64,000 bases of DNA from Minisyncoccia bacterium (GCA_038215155.1 JBBQRF010000002.1:50712-114711), one strand, 5' to 3'. Positions 9,865-17,891 are shown, counted from the first letter of the stretch. The notes: generated by a model from the letters alone, not told the origin. Numbers and translations: made by a program.

Positions 9865-9909
9865 AAAAGCCGCACAGCGCTTATCAATAATGTCGCTTGC
9901 GGCTTTTTT
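9865..9909. terminator. Probable bidirectional terminator
   Basis: AAAAGCCGCA...TGCGGCTTTTTT just beyond the cca stop codon. Confidence 0.65.
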
Positions 9910-9925
9910 CATTTGTATTTTTCCC

Positions 9926-11419
9926 CTACTCCACCCAGTATTTTTTCCTAATCTCTTTTACCTCTTCTTCCTCCATTTTCTCCTTAACCTTTTTGCCTTT
10001 TTCCCCCATTTTTCTTAATTCTCCTTCGGAAAATTTGCTTAATTCAATAGCCTTACCCTCTAGATATTTTTTAGTATTTAAGATCGGATCATCCAAGACT
10101 TCTTCCAATAAGGCGTGCAAAATATAGCCAATTTTAGGTCCCGAAGGGAGCTCGGCGACTTCCATTATTTGACCGCCGTTAATCTTAAGCATAGAAACGG
10201 AAACTGGGTCGTGCATCACTTCTTCAATCATGGATTTATATTTGCGTAACCGGTAAGGATTTTCTTTAGGTCTCCCGGTGCCTACCCGATCACAGATACG
10301 TAAATTCATTAAATTCCAAACATTTTCTTTTCCAACATTTTTTACCAATCTTCTGACGGCGGAAAGGGTAATTTGCTCTGTATCAGAAAAGAACATATGC
10401 CAACGAACTAGTTTCGCAACCTCGTCAATAATTTTTTTAGGGAATCTTAAATCGCCAAGAATTTTTTTAGCCATTCTTTCCCCCACTACGTCGTGTCCAT
10501 AAAACGTCCAATCCCCTTTTTCATTAGACCACCTTCGGGCGTGCGGCTTAGCAATGTCGTGAAGTAACGCAGCCAAACGAATTTCCAATGACCAACCCTT
10601 ATCCGCGGCGGCCTGGAAACTTTTTAGGAGATGCTCAAAGACATCATAAGCATGAGCTTGATTTTGCTTAATCCCTTCCGCTTTGGCTAATTCGGGAATG
10701 ATAAATTTTAAAATACCTATATTATTAGCCATATTTAGGGCATTTGCTGGTTTCTGTGACATAGTAATGCGGACAAACTCTTCTCGAATTCTTTCTTTGG
10801 CGATGTTCTTTAAGAGACTGGCATCGTTTTTGATTGCTACCTCAGTGTTACTTTCAATTTTAAAATTGAGCTCGGCAGCTAAGCGAATAGCGCGAAGAAT
10901 TCTCAAACCATCTTCCTTAAATCGTTCTTCTGGATTTTCCACTGTTCGAATGATTTTTTTCTTTAGATCGCTTTGTCCTTCATATAAATCAACAATTTCA
11001 ACCTCCCACTCCCCTTTTAATTCGTTAAGGAGCTTCAGCGCAATAGCGTTAATGGTGAAATCCCGCCGTTTAATATCATCGGATAGATTGTTGCTAAAAG
11101 TAACATGGTCCGGATGACGATTGTCAGAATAATCAGCTTCTAATCGATAAGGAGTGACTTCTACCACCTTCAGGCTTTCATTAAGCGTTTCCTCACTCAC
11201 CACCCCGACTGTGCCGTAGTCATTTTCATAAAAAGTTTTATCAAAGAGAGAAATAATCTTGTCAGGCGCCGCGTTAGTAGTAATATCCCAGTCTTTAGGA
11301 GCTCTCTCTAATAGAAGATCACGAACACAGCCTCCAATTAAATAAGACTCAAAACCAGCTTTTTCCAGCCGGGCAGTTATTCGTGAAACCTCGAGAGGGA
11401 TGGCAAATTTTTTTAACAT
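9926..11419 (-). CDS. cca: CCA-adding tRNA nucleotidyltransferase with HD domain
   Basis: GGCVRD, KDWD, RRDFTINA, EDGLRILR, LLHDIAK; the 11551 start runs through tRNA-Arg, so the true start is ATG 11419. Confidence 0.9.
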   Translation of the reverse strand: MLKKFAIPLEVSRITARLEKAGFESYLIGGCVRDLLLERAPKDWDITTNAAPDKIISLFDKTFYENDYGTVGVVSEETLNESLKVVEVTPYRLEADYSDNRHPDHVTFSNNLSDDIKRRDFTINAIALKLLNELKGEWEVEIVDLYEGQSDLKKKIIRTVENPEERFKEDGLRILRAIRLAAELNFKIESNTEVAIKNDASLLKNIAKERIREEFVRITMSQKPANALNMANNIGILKFIIPELAKAEGIKQNQAHAYDVFEHLLKSFQAAADKGWSLEIRLAALLHDIAKPHARRWSNEKGDWTFYGHDVVGERMAKKILGDLRFPKKIIDEVAKLVRWHMFFSDTEQITLSAVRRLVKNVGKENVWNLMNLRICDRVGTGRPKENPYRLRKYKSMIEEVMHDPVSVSMLKINGGQIMEVAELPSGPKIGYILHALLEEVLDDPILNTKKYLEGKAIELSKFSEGELRKMGEKGKKVKEKMEEEEVKEIRKKYWVE

Positions 11420-11433
11420 TGGGCTTTCTACGG

Positions 11434-11505
11434 TGCTCCCGGCAGGACTCGAACCCACAATACGACGTCCGAAGCGTCGCGTGATATCCATTTCACCACG
11501 GGAGC
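11434..11505 (-). tRNA. tRNA-Arg(UCG)
   Basis: GCTCCCG acceptor stem, anticodon arm CGACG-CT-TCG-GA-CGTCG, T-loop TTCGAGT; followed by CCG rather than CCA. Confidence 0.92.
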
Positions 11506-11590
11506 AATTGAGGAATATGAATATCATACGAGAAAAATAGACAAACACCAAGATTTAAATTAAAATTTAAGGACTTTTCTCTAAAGTATT

Positions 11591-11661
11591 GCGGGTATGG
11601 TTTAGTGGTAGAACACGTCCTTGCCAAGGACGAGACCCGAGTCCGATTCTCGGTACCCGCA
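11591..11661 (+). tRNA. tRNA-Gly(GCC)
   Basis: GCGGGTA/TACCCGC acceptor stem, CGTCC-TT-GCC-AA-GGACG anticodon arm, variant T-loop TCCGATT. Confidence 0.9.
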
Positions 11662-11746
11662 CATTTAACTAAAGTCCAGTGTCCCTTATTTGTCCTAAAT
11701 ATTAAAAATCTGAAACGGCTCTATCTATAGGTCTTTACATATTTAC

Positions 11747-11775
11747 TGTGGATAAGTCGGGGGATATGTGTATAA
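11747..11775 (-). promoter_or_regulatory. Two DnaA boxes
   Basis: TGTGGATAA 11747-11755 and TGTGTATAA 11767-11775, both TTATNCACA on the minus strand. Confidence 0.55.
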
Positions 11776-11837
11776 AAGACAGGAATTTTGTCCTAAAAAG
11801 GGGTTACCTTAGGATAAATTAAGGCTCGATACCCTTA

Positions 11838-11853
11838 TGTTTCACGTGTAACT
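11838..11853. promoter_or_regulatory. parS-like site
   Basis: TGTTTCACGTGTAACT; its reverse complement has one mismatch to TGTTNCACGTGAAACA. Confidence 0.6.
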
Positions 11854-11930
11854 AATATAATAAGGTAATCATGAAACTTTAAGGATATTTTAACCTTATT
11901 TTAATGAATTTTCACCTCTCATGCCTTAAG

Positions 11931-12323
11931 ATGTTTCTTGTGAACCATCTTAAAATTGGGAAAATAGGGGAGGATTTAGCTTGCGATTACCTAAAGGAGA
12001 AAGGTTTCTTGGTGGTGAATCGAAATTTTCGTAAAAAATGTGGAGAAATAGACATTGTAGCCAAAAAACAAGGGAAACATCACTTTGTAGAAGTTAAAAC
12101 AGTTTCATGTGAAAATGTCACTAGTTTTGCACGCCGGTCAAACTATTATAGGCCGGAAGATAACATTCATTCTTATAAGATAGCCCGTTTAAGACGGGTA
12201 ATTCAGTTGTATTTGATCGAAAATTATGTAAAAACGGATTGGCAGTTCCACGCTATTACTATTTTATACTCTCCTATCAATAATGAATCGAGAATTGAGA
12301 TGCTGGAAAACCTTGTCCTTTAA
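11931..12323 (+). CDS. yraN: YraN family (UPF0102) endonuclease
   Basis: GKIGEDLA, RNFR..GEIDIVA, FVEVK; start uncertain (11904, 11931 or 11940). Confidence 0.88.
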   Translation: MFLVNHLKIGKIGEDLACDYLKEKGFLVVNRNFRKKCGEIDIVAKKQGKHHFVEVKTVSCENVTSFARRSNYYRPEDNIHSYKIARLRRVIQLYLIENYVKTDWQFHAITILYSPINNESRIEMLENLVL

Positions 12324-12353
12324 AATGTCCTTTATAATATAGAGCTATTTTAT

Positions 12354-12368
12354 TTCGGGGCGCCGGGA
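12354..12368 (-). repeat. 15-bp duplicate of the tRNA-Pro 3' end
   Basis: TTCGGGGCGCCGGGA is identical to 12468-12482. Confidence 0.75.
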
Positions 12369-12468
12369 AAATATGGTAAAACTAGCTCCACCATAATTTT
12401 GAGTTGGTTGTCTCTTTACCATAGATTTATTCTCCCCGGTTGTAATTTCCGGGTTCGAATCCCTCCCT

Positions 12469-12541
12469 TCGGGGCGCCGGGATTCGAACCCGGAGTCGCT
12501 TGATCCCAAATCAAGAATGTTAGCCGTTACACCACGCCCCG
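12469..12541 (-). tRNA. tRNA-Pro(UGG)
   Basis: CGGGGCG acceptor stem, CTTGA-TT-TGG-GA-TCAAG anticodon arm, T-loop TTCGAAT. Confidence 0.92.
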
Positions 12542-12624
12542 TTTTTAGATTGAAAAGTGTAGCATGATTTCGAAATTTATTGTATCCTTAAATTAGGTTA
12601 TCAATTATTTTTTATTTAATATTT

Positions 12625-13500
12625 GTGAAAATAGTCACTCATAGCGGCAGCTTTCATCAGGATGAACTTTTTGCTATCGCCGCCTTACAAATGCTTTATC
12701 CGGACGCAGAGATTATCCGCTCTCGCGACCCTAAGATTATCGCCACCGCCGACATGGCCGTGGACATTGGGGGTGTTAATGATGCTGCCCAAAATAAATT
12801 TGACCATCACCAAGAGGGGGGAGCGGGACGGCGTGGCCAGAACGGCATGCCTTATGCCTCTTTTGGTCTCGTCTGGAAGAAATTCGGTCGAGAAATTTGT
12901 GGTGGGCGCGCCGAAGTAGCTGATTTAGTCGATCGTAAAATGATTCAAGCCATTGACGCTTCTGACAACGGCGTAATGGTCTATGCTCCGGTTAATAAGG
13001 AAATTCAACCCTATCTTTTTGATAATTTTCTTAACGCCATTACTCCTACCTGGCGAGAAGGAAAAAGTATTGACGCGGCCTTTAAGCAAATTCTTGGCAT
13101 CGTTAGACTAGTGTTAGAAAAAGAAATTGAGAAGGCAAAATTTTTCTTTGAAGAAACGGAATTAGTACGGCAAGCTTACAGAGCTACTGAAGACAAAAGA
13201 ATTATCGTCTTAGACCATCCATATCCATGGAAAAGCGTCTTAACTAAATTCCCTGAGCCGCTTTTTGTTATTTATCAAGATCAAAATACAGACGAATGGG
13301 TAATTATGGCCATGAAAAAAGATCCCCGAGCTTTTATTTATCGAAAATTATTTCCGGCTAGCTGGGCAGGGAAGATAGGGGAGCCGCTAGTCGAAGTTAC
13401 CGGAATTAAAGATGCGGTTTTTTGCCACAACAAACGCTTCATCTCCAAGGCGTGGTCTAAGGAGAGCGCGGTAAAGATGGCTAAAATGGCTTTAGAATAA
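12625..13500 (+). CDS. MYG1 family (UPF0160) DHH-like exonuclease
   Basis: THSGSFHQDE, DIGG, FDHHQ, SFGLVWK, IDASDNG, AVFCH. Confidence 0.9.
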   Translation: MKIVTHSGSFHQDELFAIAALQMLYPDAEIIRSRDPKIIATADMAVDIGGVNDAAQNKFDHHQEGGAGRRGQNGMPYASFGLVWKKFGREICGGRAEVADLVDRKMIQAIDASDNGVMVYAPVNKEIQPYLFDNFLNAITPTWREGKSIDAAFKQILGIVRLVLEKEIEKAKFFFEETELVRQAYRATEDKRIIVLDHPYPWKSVLTKFPEPLFVIYQDQNTDEWVIMAMKKDPRAFIYRKLFPASWAGKIGEPLVEVTGIKDAVFCHNKRFISKAWSKESAVKMAKMALE

Positions 13501-13501
13501 A

Positions 13502-14839
13502 ATGGATCCCGACCTCCAAAACAATAAGTCTTTTTTAAAGCCCTTGGTTGAAGATGGAAAATTACTTTCTGCTTTTGGAATAGAAATTCCTCAAAAGGAA
13601 AATTTTCCGAACTTTTTTCTAAAATTTTATCCTCAAGATTTTATAGTTGAAGAAATATCAAAAGAAGGAAAAATATATACGATCGGCAGCACTAAACCGG
13701 AAAATTATGGAGGGGAAAAGTTAGGAAATTATCATATGACCTTGGTCAAATGTAATTTAGGGACCCTTCAGGCGGTTGAAAACTTAGCTTCCCGACTCAA
13801 TATTTCTGTTAATAATATTGGATACGCAGGACTAAAAGATGACGATGCCGTTACTAGTCAGAGAATCTCTATCACTGGAGTCAGATTGAATGATTTACTA
13901 AAAATTAAGGTTTCTAACTTTTTTTTAAAGGAGATAGAAGAAAACGACAATTTTATACAAAAAGGTCAACTAAAAGGAAATCGATTCACTATCCTGTTGA
14001 GAAAAACGGAAAATTTTGAAGAAGAAACTTTTATGCAACGACTGGACACAGTGCGCCAAAAAGGATTTTATAATTTTTATTACTTACAACGTTTTGGAAC
14101 ACCTAGGTTAATAAACCATTTGTGTGGATTTTTAATTTTGCAAGAAAATTATGAGAAGGTTGTATATTCTGCTATTTGTGAGGAAGGGATAACTGATAGA
14201 ATTCATCTAAATAAAATTAGGAAGGAAGCCCAAAAAAAATTTGGTGATTGGATGTATTTAAAAAATCTGTTTAAGGAAGTTGAGAGCGAATGTTTTTATG
14301 AAAATAAATTGATTAGTTATTTATTAAATTCCCCTGATGATTTTGAGGGTGCTTTAAAAGAAATTCCTGACCTAGTTACTATTTGGATATATGCAACCTC
14401 AGCGTGGCTCTTTAATCATAAGCTGTCTCAATGTATAAAAACTTCTACAAAAATCCCAAAGACCTTACCATTATTTCTCACTCACGACTCTAGGATTCAA
14501 GATAGTTATAAATATTTAACGTCAAAACTCTATCTATCAACTCCCGTTTTTAAAAATCTCTCTACAGTTGCCCCCAACCTACTTCTGAACAACAGATTCA
14601 TCAATACTATTTCTAAAGTTAATATAACCAAGGTAGAGAATGTGGAGGAAGGAATTATTTTAAGTTTCGATCTACACAAAGGGGAGTATGCCACCACTTT
14701 TTTATCACATTTAGTAAATCTCATTTCTTACTTGCCACCCGCTGATATGAATTTCATGCCTATAAATATAATGAAAAATCTTGAATCAGAAATATCTCTA
14801 AACTTCTTTACAGAAGCGAAAAAAGCTGTATTTAATTGA
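13502..14839 (+). CDS. truD: tRNA pseudouridine(13) synthase TruD family
   Basis: DFIVEE, GYAGLKD..AVTSQ, GNRFTI, NFYYLQRFG, KGEYAT. Confidence 0.85.
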   Translation: MDPDLQNNKSFLKPLVEDGKLLSAFGIEIPQKENFPNFFLKFYPQDFIVEEISKEGKIYTIGSTKPENYGGEKLGNYHMTLVKCNLGTLQAVENLASRLNISVNNIGYAGLKDDDAVTSQRISITGVRLNDLLKIKVSNFFLKEIEENDNFIQKGQLKGNRFTILLRKTENFEEETFMQRLDTVRQKGFYNFYYLQRFGTPRLINHLCGFLILQENYEKVVYSAICEEGITDRIHLNKIRKEAQKKFGDWMYLKNLFKEVESECFYENKLISYLLNSPDDFEGALKEIPDLVTIWIYATSAWLFNHKLSQCIKTSTKIPKTLPLFLTHDSRIQDSYKYLTSKLYLSTPVFKNLSTVAPNLLLNNRFINTISKVNITKVENVEEGIILSFDLHKGEYATTFLSHLVNLISYLPPADMNFMPINIMKNLESEISLNFFTEAKKAVFN

Positions 14840-14863
14840 CTTTTTCCTCGAATATGGTATACT
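14836..14863 (+). promoter_or_regulatory. Strong sigma70-type promoter
   Basis: TTGACT-N16-TATACT with TGn. Confidence 0.65.
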
Positions 14864-15042
14864 GCTTACCAGAACTGGTTCAGTGACGAAATTCCCTTGA
14901 ATTTAAACGGATAGTTTAAAGCGAGGGTTCCTTTGCAGAGCTTGCTCTGCCCTTTAGGCGCACGTTGCGTTATGAATGAGGATATATAAAACCGGCTAAG
15001 ACCGATTGTTTTAAAGTTTCTGAGGACTAGTAGGTCATAAAC

Positions 15043-16014
15043 ATGAGAAATAATAACAACGACGGACAGAGAACTGTCTTCGGAATGCTGACGGCGCGAT
15101 GCGTCGTGACGGACCGTGGAATAAAGATGGACCGGTATACCGGCATAGGCATCGTTCCGACAGAGATTCTGAAAGACGACGGTTATCTTGGGGACTACCG
15201 AAACGAAGTGGAGGGGCAGACGTTAGTAATGCACCATGAGAAACGGAACGCCTTTATGCGGGCAGAACCGTTGGGAGGAAGAAGGTTTATCCCTGTTTTC
15301 GATAAGAAGCAGGATGGCACTGACGCTTCCCCCCAAGTGGGGGATGAAATCATGATTCTACTTCAAGTGAATCATCCGGATTATGATCCGCGCGATTTAC
15401 AACATCGCTACTGGATTCTGTCATGGGCATCAATGGAGTCTTATCTTCAAGCTACCAAAGAGTGCGAACGGCAGAATGCCAAGATTCCGGAGCTGGAAGG
15501 CGAAATCGCCGCCGAGGAGCGCACCCTGTGGAGAATGCAGTCGGAGATGCTCAATCTCGACCTGGAATGGATGACGCCCGCCAAGATCAAGGATCGTTTG
15601 TACGGCAGGAATGGAAACATGGTTCCTCCCGATGCAAAGTGGTTTCAACGCGATCTGGAAATCACCAAGCAGCTGGTAGGGGCCGATGCGGCTAAGCGAC
15701 TGGAACTGATCGAACAGATTCGTAAAGGCAAAGAGTCTAGTGCTCGCCCGGCCAAGCTGATGATGCTCCGTACTGGCCTCTTCATCCGGCAAGAAACAGC
15801 ACGGCCTTCTCGGCGTCCTGAACGAATGGACGCAGAGCAAAAAGAAGCGCTGCAGGAGCACAAATCAGACGGAGCGCCGCTAAGTGCTCCTATTCCGTTC
15901 CCTACGCCCGTGGCTAGTTCGTCTGGTGAAGCCCAGGCCAAGAAGGTCCGAAAGGCGAAGCCTAGTGCCAAGGGGTCAAAGCCGAAAACGAAAACGGCAG
16001 CCGTCGCCGCCTAA
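15043..16014 (+). CDS. Hypothetical protein (GC-rich orphan with Lys/Ala-rich tail)
   Basis: 323-aa ORF with its own promoter and terminator; no family recognised. Confidence 0.7.
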   Translation: MRNNNNDGQRTVFGMLTARCVVTDRGIKMDRYTGIGIVPTEILKDDGYLGDYRNEVEGQTLVMHHEKRNAFMRAEPLGGRRFIPVFDKKQDGTDASPQVGDEIMILLQVNHPDYDPRDLQHRYWILSWASMESYLQATKECERQNAKIPELEGEIAAEERTLWRMQSEMLNLDLEWMTPAKIKDRLYGRNGNMVPPDAKWFQRDLEITKQLVGADAAKRLELIEQIRKGKESSARPAKLMMLRTGLFIRQETARPSRRPERMDAEQKEALQEHKSDGAPLSAPIPFPTPVASSSGEAQAKKVRKAKPSAKGSKPKTKTAAVAA

Positions 16015-16021
16015 CGCAGTA

Positions 16022-16079
16022 GATGGGTTCTAGTCCCATCAAACCCCGTTATCATGGCAACATGGTAGCGGGGATTTTT
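16022..16079 (+). terminator. Tandem hairpins / intrinsic terminator
   Basis: GATGGG..CCCATC, then CCCGTTATCATG-GCAA-CATGGTAGCGGG followed by ATTTTT. Confidence 0.65.
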
Positions 16080-16092
16080 ATATAATAGTTAT

Positions 16093-16410
16093 ATGGGATT
16101 AAATTTTCAAAGGAATATCGAAAACTTCATTTGTGAAAAATGTGGTTTTGAGGTGGAAGGTAGTGGCTATACTAATCATTGTCCGAAGTGTCTTTGGAGT
16201 AAGCATGTAGATATTCATCCCGGAGATCGCCTGAGTCATTGTGGAGGGCTGATGAAGCCTTCTCGAATTGAGGGTAAAACCGGCGAGTGGGTGATTGTTC
16301 ATCAATGTGAACGTTGTGGCCACAATAAAAGAAATAAGGTAGACGTCAGTGATGACTTTGATCAAGTAATTAAGTTGACCTCGGTTCCGGCTAATGAGGC
16401 AAATAGTTAA
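16093..16410 (+). CDS. RNHCP domain protein
   Basis: FICEKCG, TNHCPKCLWSKHVD..PGDR, HQCERCG. Confidence 0.9.
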   Translation: MGLNFQRNIENFICEKCGFEVEGSGYTNHCPKCLWSKHVDIHPGDRLSHCGGLMKPSRIEGKTGEWVIVHQCERCGHNKRNKVDVSDDFDQVIKLTSVPANEANS

Positions 16411-17662
16411 AGAGGGAAGATTCGATGGATTTGAAATTTTCTACCAAGGTATTTAAATTTTTATTTAAATAGGTTCCGAGTGAAAAACCTGTTTCATTTC
16501 TAATATCTGAATTAATATAATTTAAAGTGATAGCTTGAAGATCTTGTAGGGAAGTATTACCGCTGTCGGTAACAGTGGTGGCGATAAGGGCAATTAAATC
16601 GCCATTCTGATTTAAAATTCCGCCTCCGGATGAGCCGCGCTCAGCAATGACGCTAGAGTTAGTGCGAATTAGATCCTTACCGTTGTTGGAGTTGAAAGTA
16701 TAAGTGGCAGTTATGTTTAGAGCCGAACTTTTAATTAATAAATTTCTTACTACAGCGGCGGAAGAAAGGCTGTTTGCTGGATAGCCAATTCCTAACACTG
16801 AAGTACCTACACTTAATGAGTCCGCAGTAACTTGAGGGGCTACATATGAAAAAGTAGAGGGGAGCGAGGCGCCGCCACTAGTGCCAATGATGGCAAGAAG
16901 AGCATAGTCGCCGGCACCAGTCTCTTGAGGTTGATAGACATCATTTATATTCTGTCCGTAGAGCCTAAGCCAGCTTGAGGAAATATAAATGAGATCGGCG
17001 CGATAAGCCGCGGCGGCGGGAGAGCCGCGGCGAATGAGGCAAGATTTATTCGGATCTTTTAAATAATCATTAAGGAGGAAATGATCGGCGACATGGGCAT
17101 TAGTTAATATTATTCCTCGCGGGTCAATAATGACGCCACTTCCAGTGACGATGGTGATTAGATTGCCAGACTGACTAGTACAATAAATATTCACGACTGC
17201 TCTTTCCGCTTTTTCTTGAAGATTTAGGGAGACTGAATTTGGAGAGGAAGTAACAATGGGAGTAAGAGTAGGCGAAGAAGCAATTTCTGGCGAGGGGGCT
17301 ATAGTAGCGGGCGTACTTATTATCTGGGATTTTTCGGGCAATATATCTGGCAATACTATGTTTGGAATAGTTGAAAATGGAAAGGGTTTAAATACCGGTG
17401 CTTCTAAAGAAAGGATCGGCAACTTTTTAAATTTTGCCTTAGTGGAGGTGGCATTGGAATTAGACTGAGTAGTTGAGGTAGGTATTTGTATTTCAACGGG
17501 CGCGGGTATTAGTGGCGCGAATGTAGAAAAAGAGCTAGGGGCTAATCGTTCTTCGAGGCCTGGTAGGGTAATTGGTTGAGAGATATGGTAAGGAGCATAG
17601 GGAATACCTAGAAGAGAGCCGATGGAGAGCAGCACCGAAATAAGATGAGATAGGGAATTCAT
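16391..17662 (-). CDS. Secreted/anchored trypsin-like serine protease with Pro/Ser/Thr-rich linker
   Basis: TGSGVII, LTNAHV (His), GDYALL (Asp), GSSGG (Ser); N-terminal hydrophobic segment. Confidence 0.85.
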   Translation of the reverse strand: MNSLSHLISVLLSIGSLLGIPYAPYHISQPITLPGLEERLAPSSFSTFAPLIPAPVEIQIPTSTTQSNSNATSTKAKFKKLPILSLEAPVFKPFPFSTIPNIVLPDILPEKSQIISTPATIAPSPEIASSPTLTPIVTSSPNSVSLNLQEKAERAVVNIYCTSQSGNLITIVTGSGVIIDPRGIILTNAHVADHFLLNDYLKDPNKSCLIRRGSPAAAAYRADLIYISSSWLRLYGQNINDVYQPQETGAGDYALLAIIGTSGGASLPSTFSYVAPQVTADSLSVGTSVLGIGYPANSLSSAAVVRNLLIKSSALNITATYTFNSNNGKDLIRTNSSVIAERGSSGGGILNQNGDLIALIATTVTDSGNTSLQDLQAITLNYINSDIRNETGFSLGTYLNKNLNTLVENFKSIESSLFNYLPH

Positions 17663-17665
17663 GTA

Positions 17666-17683
17666 TGGTGCGGGATGGGAGAA
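17666..17683 (-). repeat. Duplicate of the tRNA-Gly(UCC) 3' end carrying CCA
   Basis: 17668-17683 equals 17730-17745; the minus strand reads TTCTCCCATCCCGCACCA. Confidence 0.75.
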
Positions 17684-17730
17684 AAATTCTTATTAATAAT
17701 TTGCCACATATATTGGATTTTAATTTAATG

Positions 17731-17801
17731 TGCGGGATGGGAGAATCGAACTCCCCACCTCAGTTTGGAAAACTGATGTTTTACCAATAAACTAATCCCG
17801 C
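17731..17801 (-). tRNA. tRNA-Gly(UCC)
   Basis: GCGGGAT acceptor stem, TCAGT-TT-TCC-AA-ACTGA anticodon arm, T-loop TTCGATT. Confidence 0.92.
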
Positions 17802-17842
17802 CTTACGAAATTATCCTAGCAAATCAGTGTTCTTTTGCAAAA

Positions 17843-17873
17843 CAAAAGGCCGGCGCGAAGCGCCGGCCTTTTG
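17843..17873 (-). terminator. Terminator of the HU gene
   Basis: CAAAAGGCCGGCGC-GAA-GCGCCGGCCTTTTG perfect 14-bp inverted repeat. Confidence 0.8.
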
Positions 17874-17891
17874 ATCAGTGAGATCGACTTC

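Noticed and set aside
11420-11551. 44-aa N-terminal extension of the CCA enzyme in the ORF track
   Set aside because: It is a translation through tRNA-Arg; the real start is 11419.
15383-15971. Several overlapping alternative-frame ORFs within the 15043 gene
   Set aside because: Expected from the locally high GC content; these and the other antisense ORFs over conserved genes are treated as shadows.
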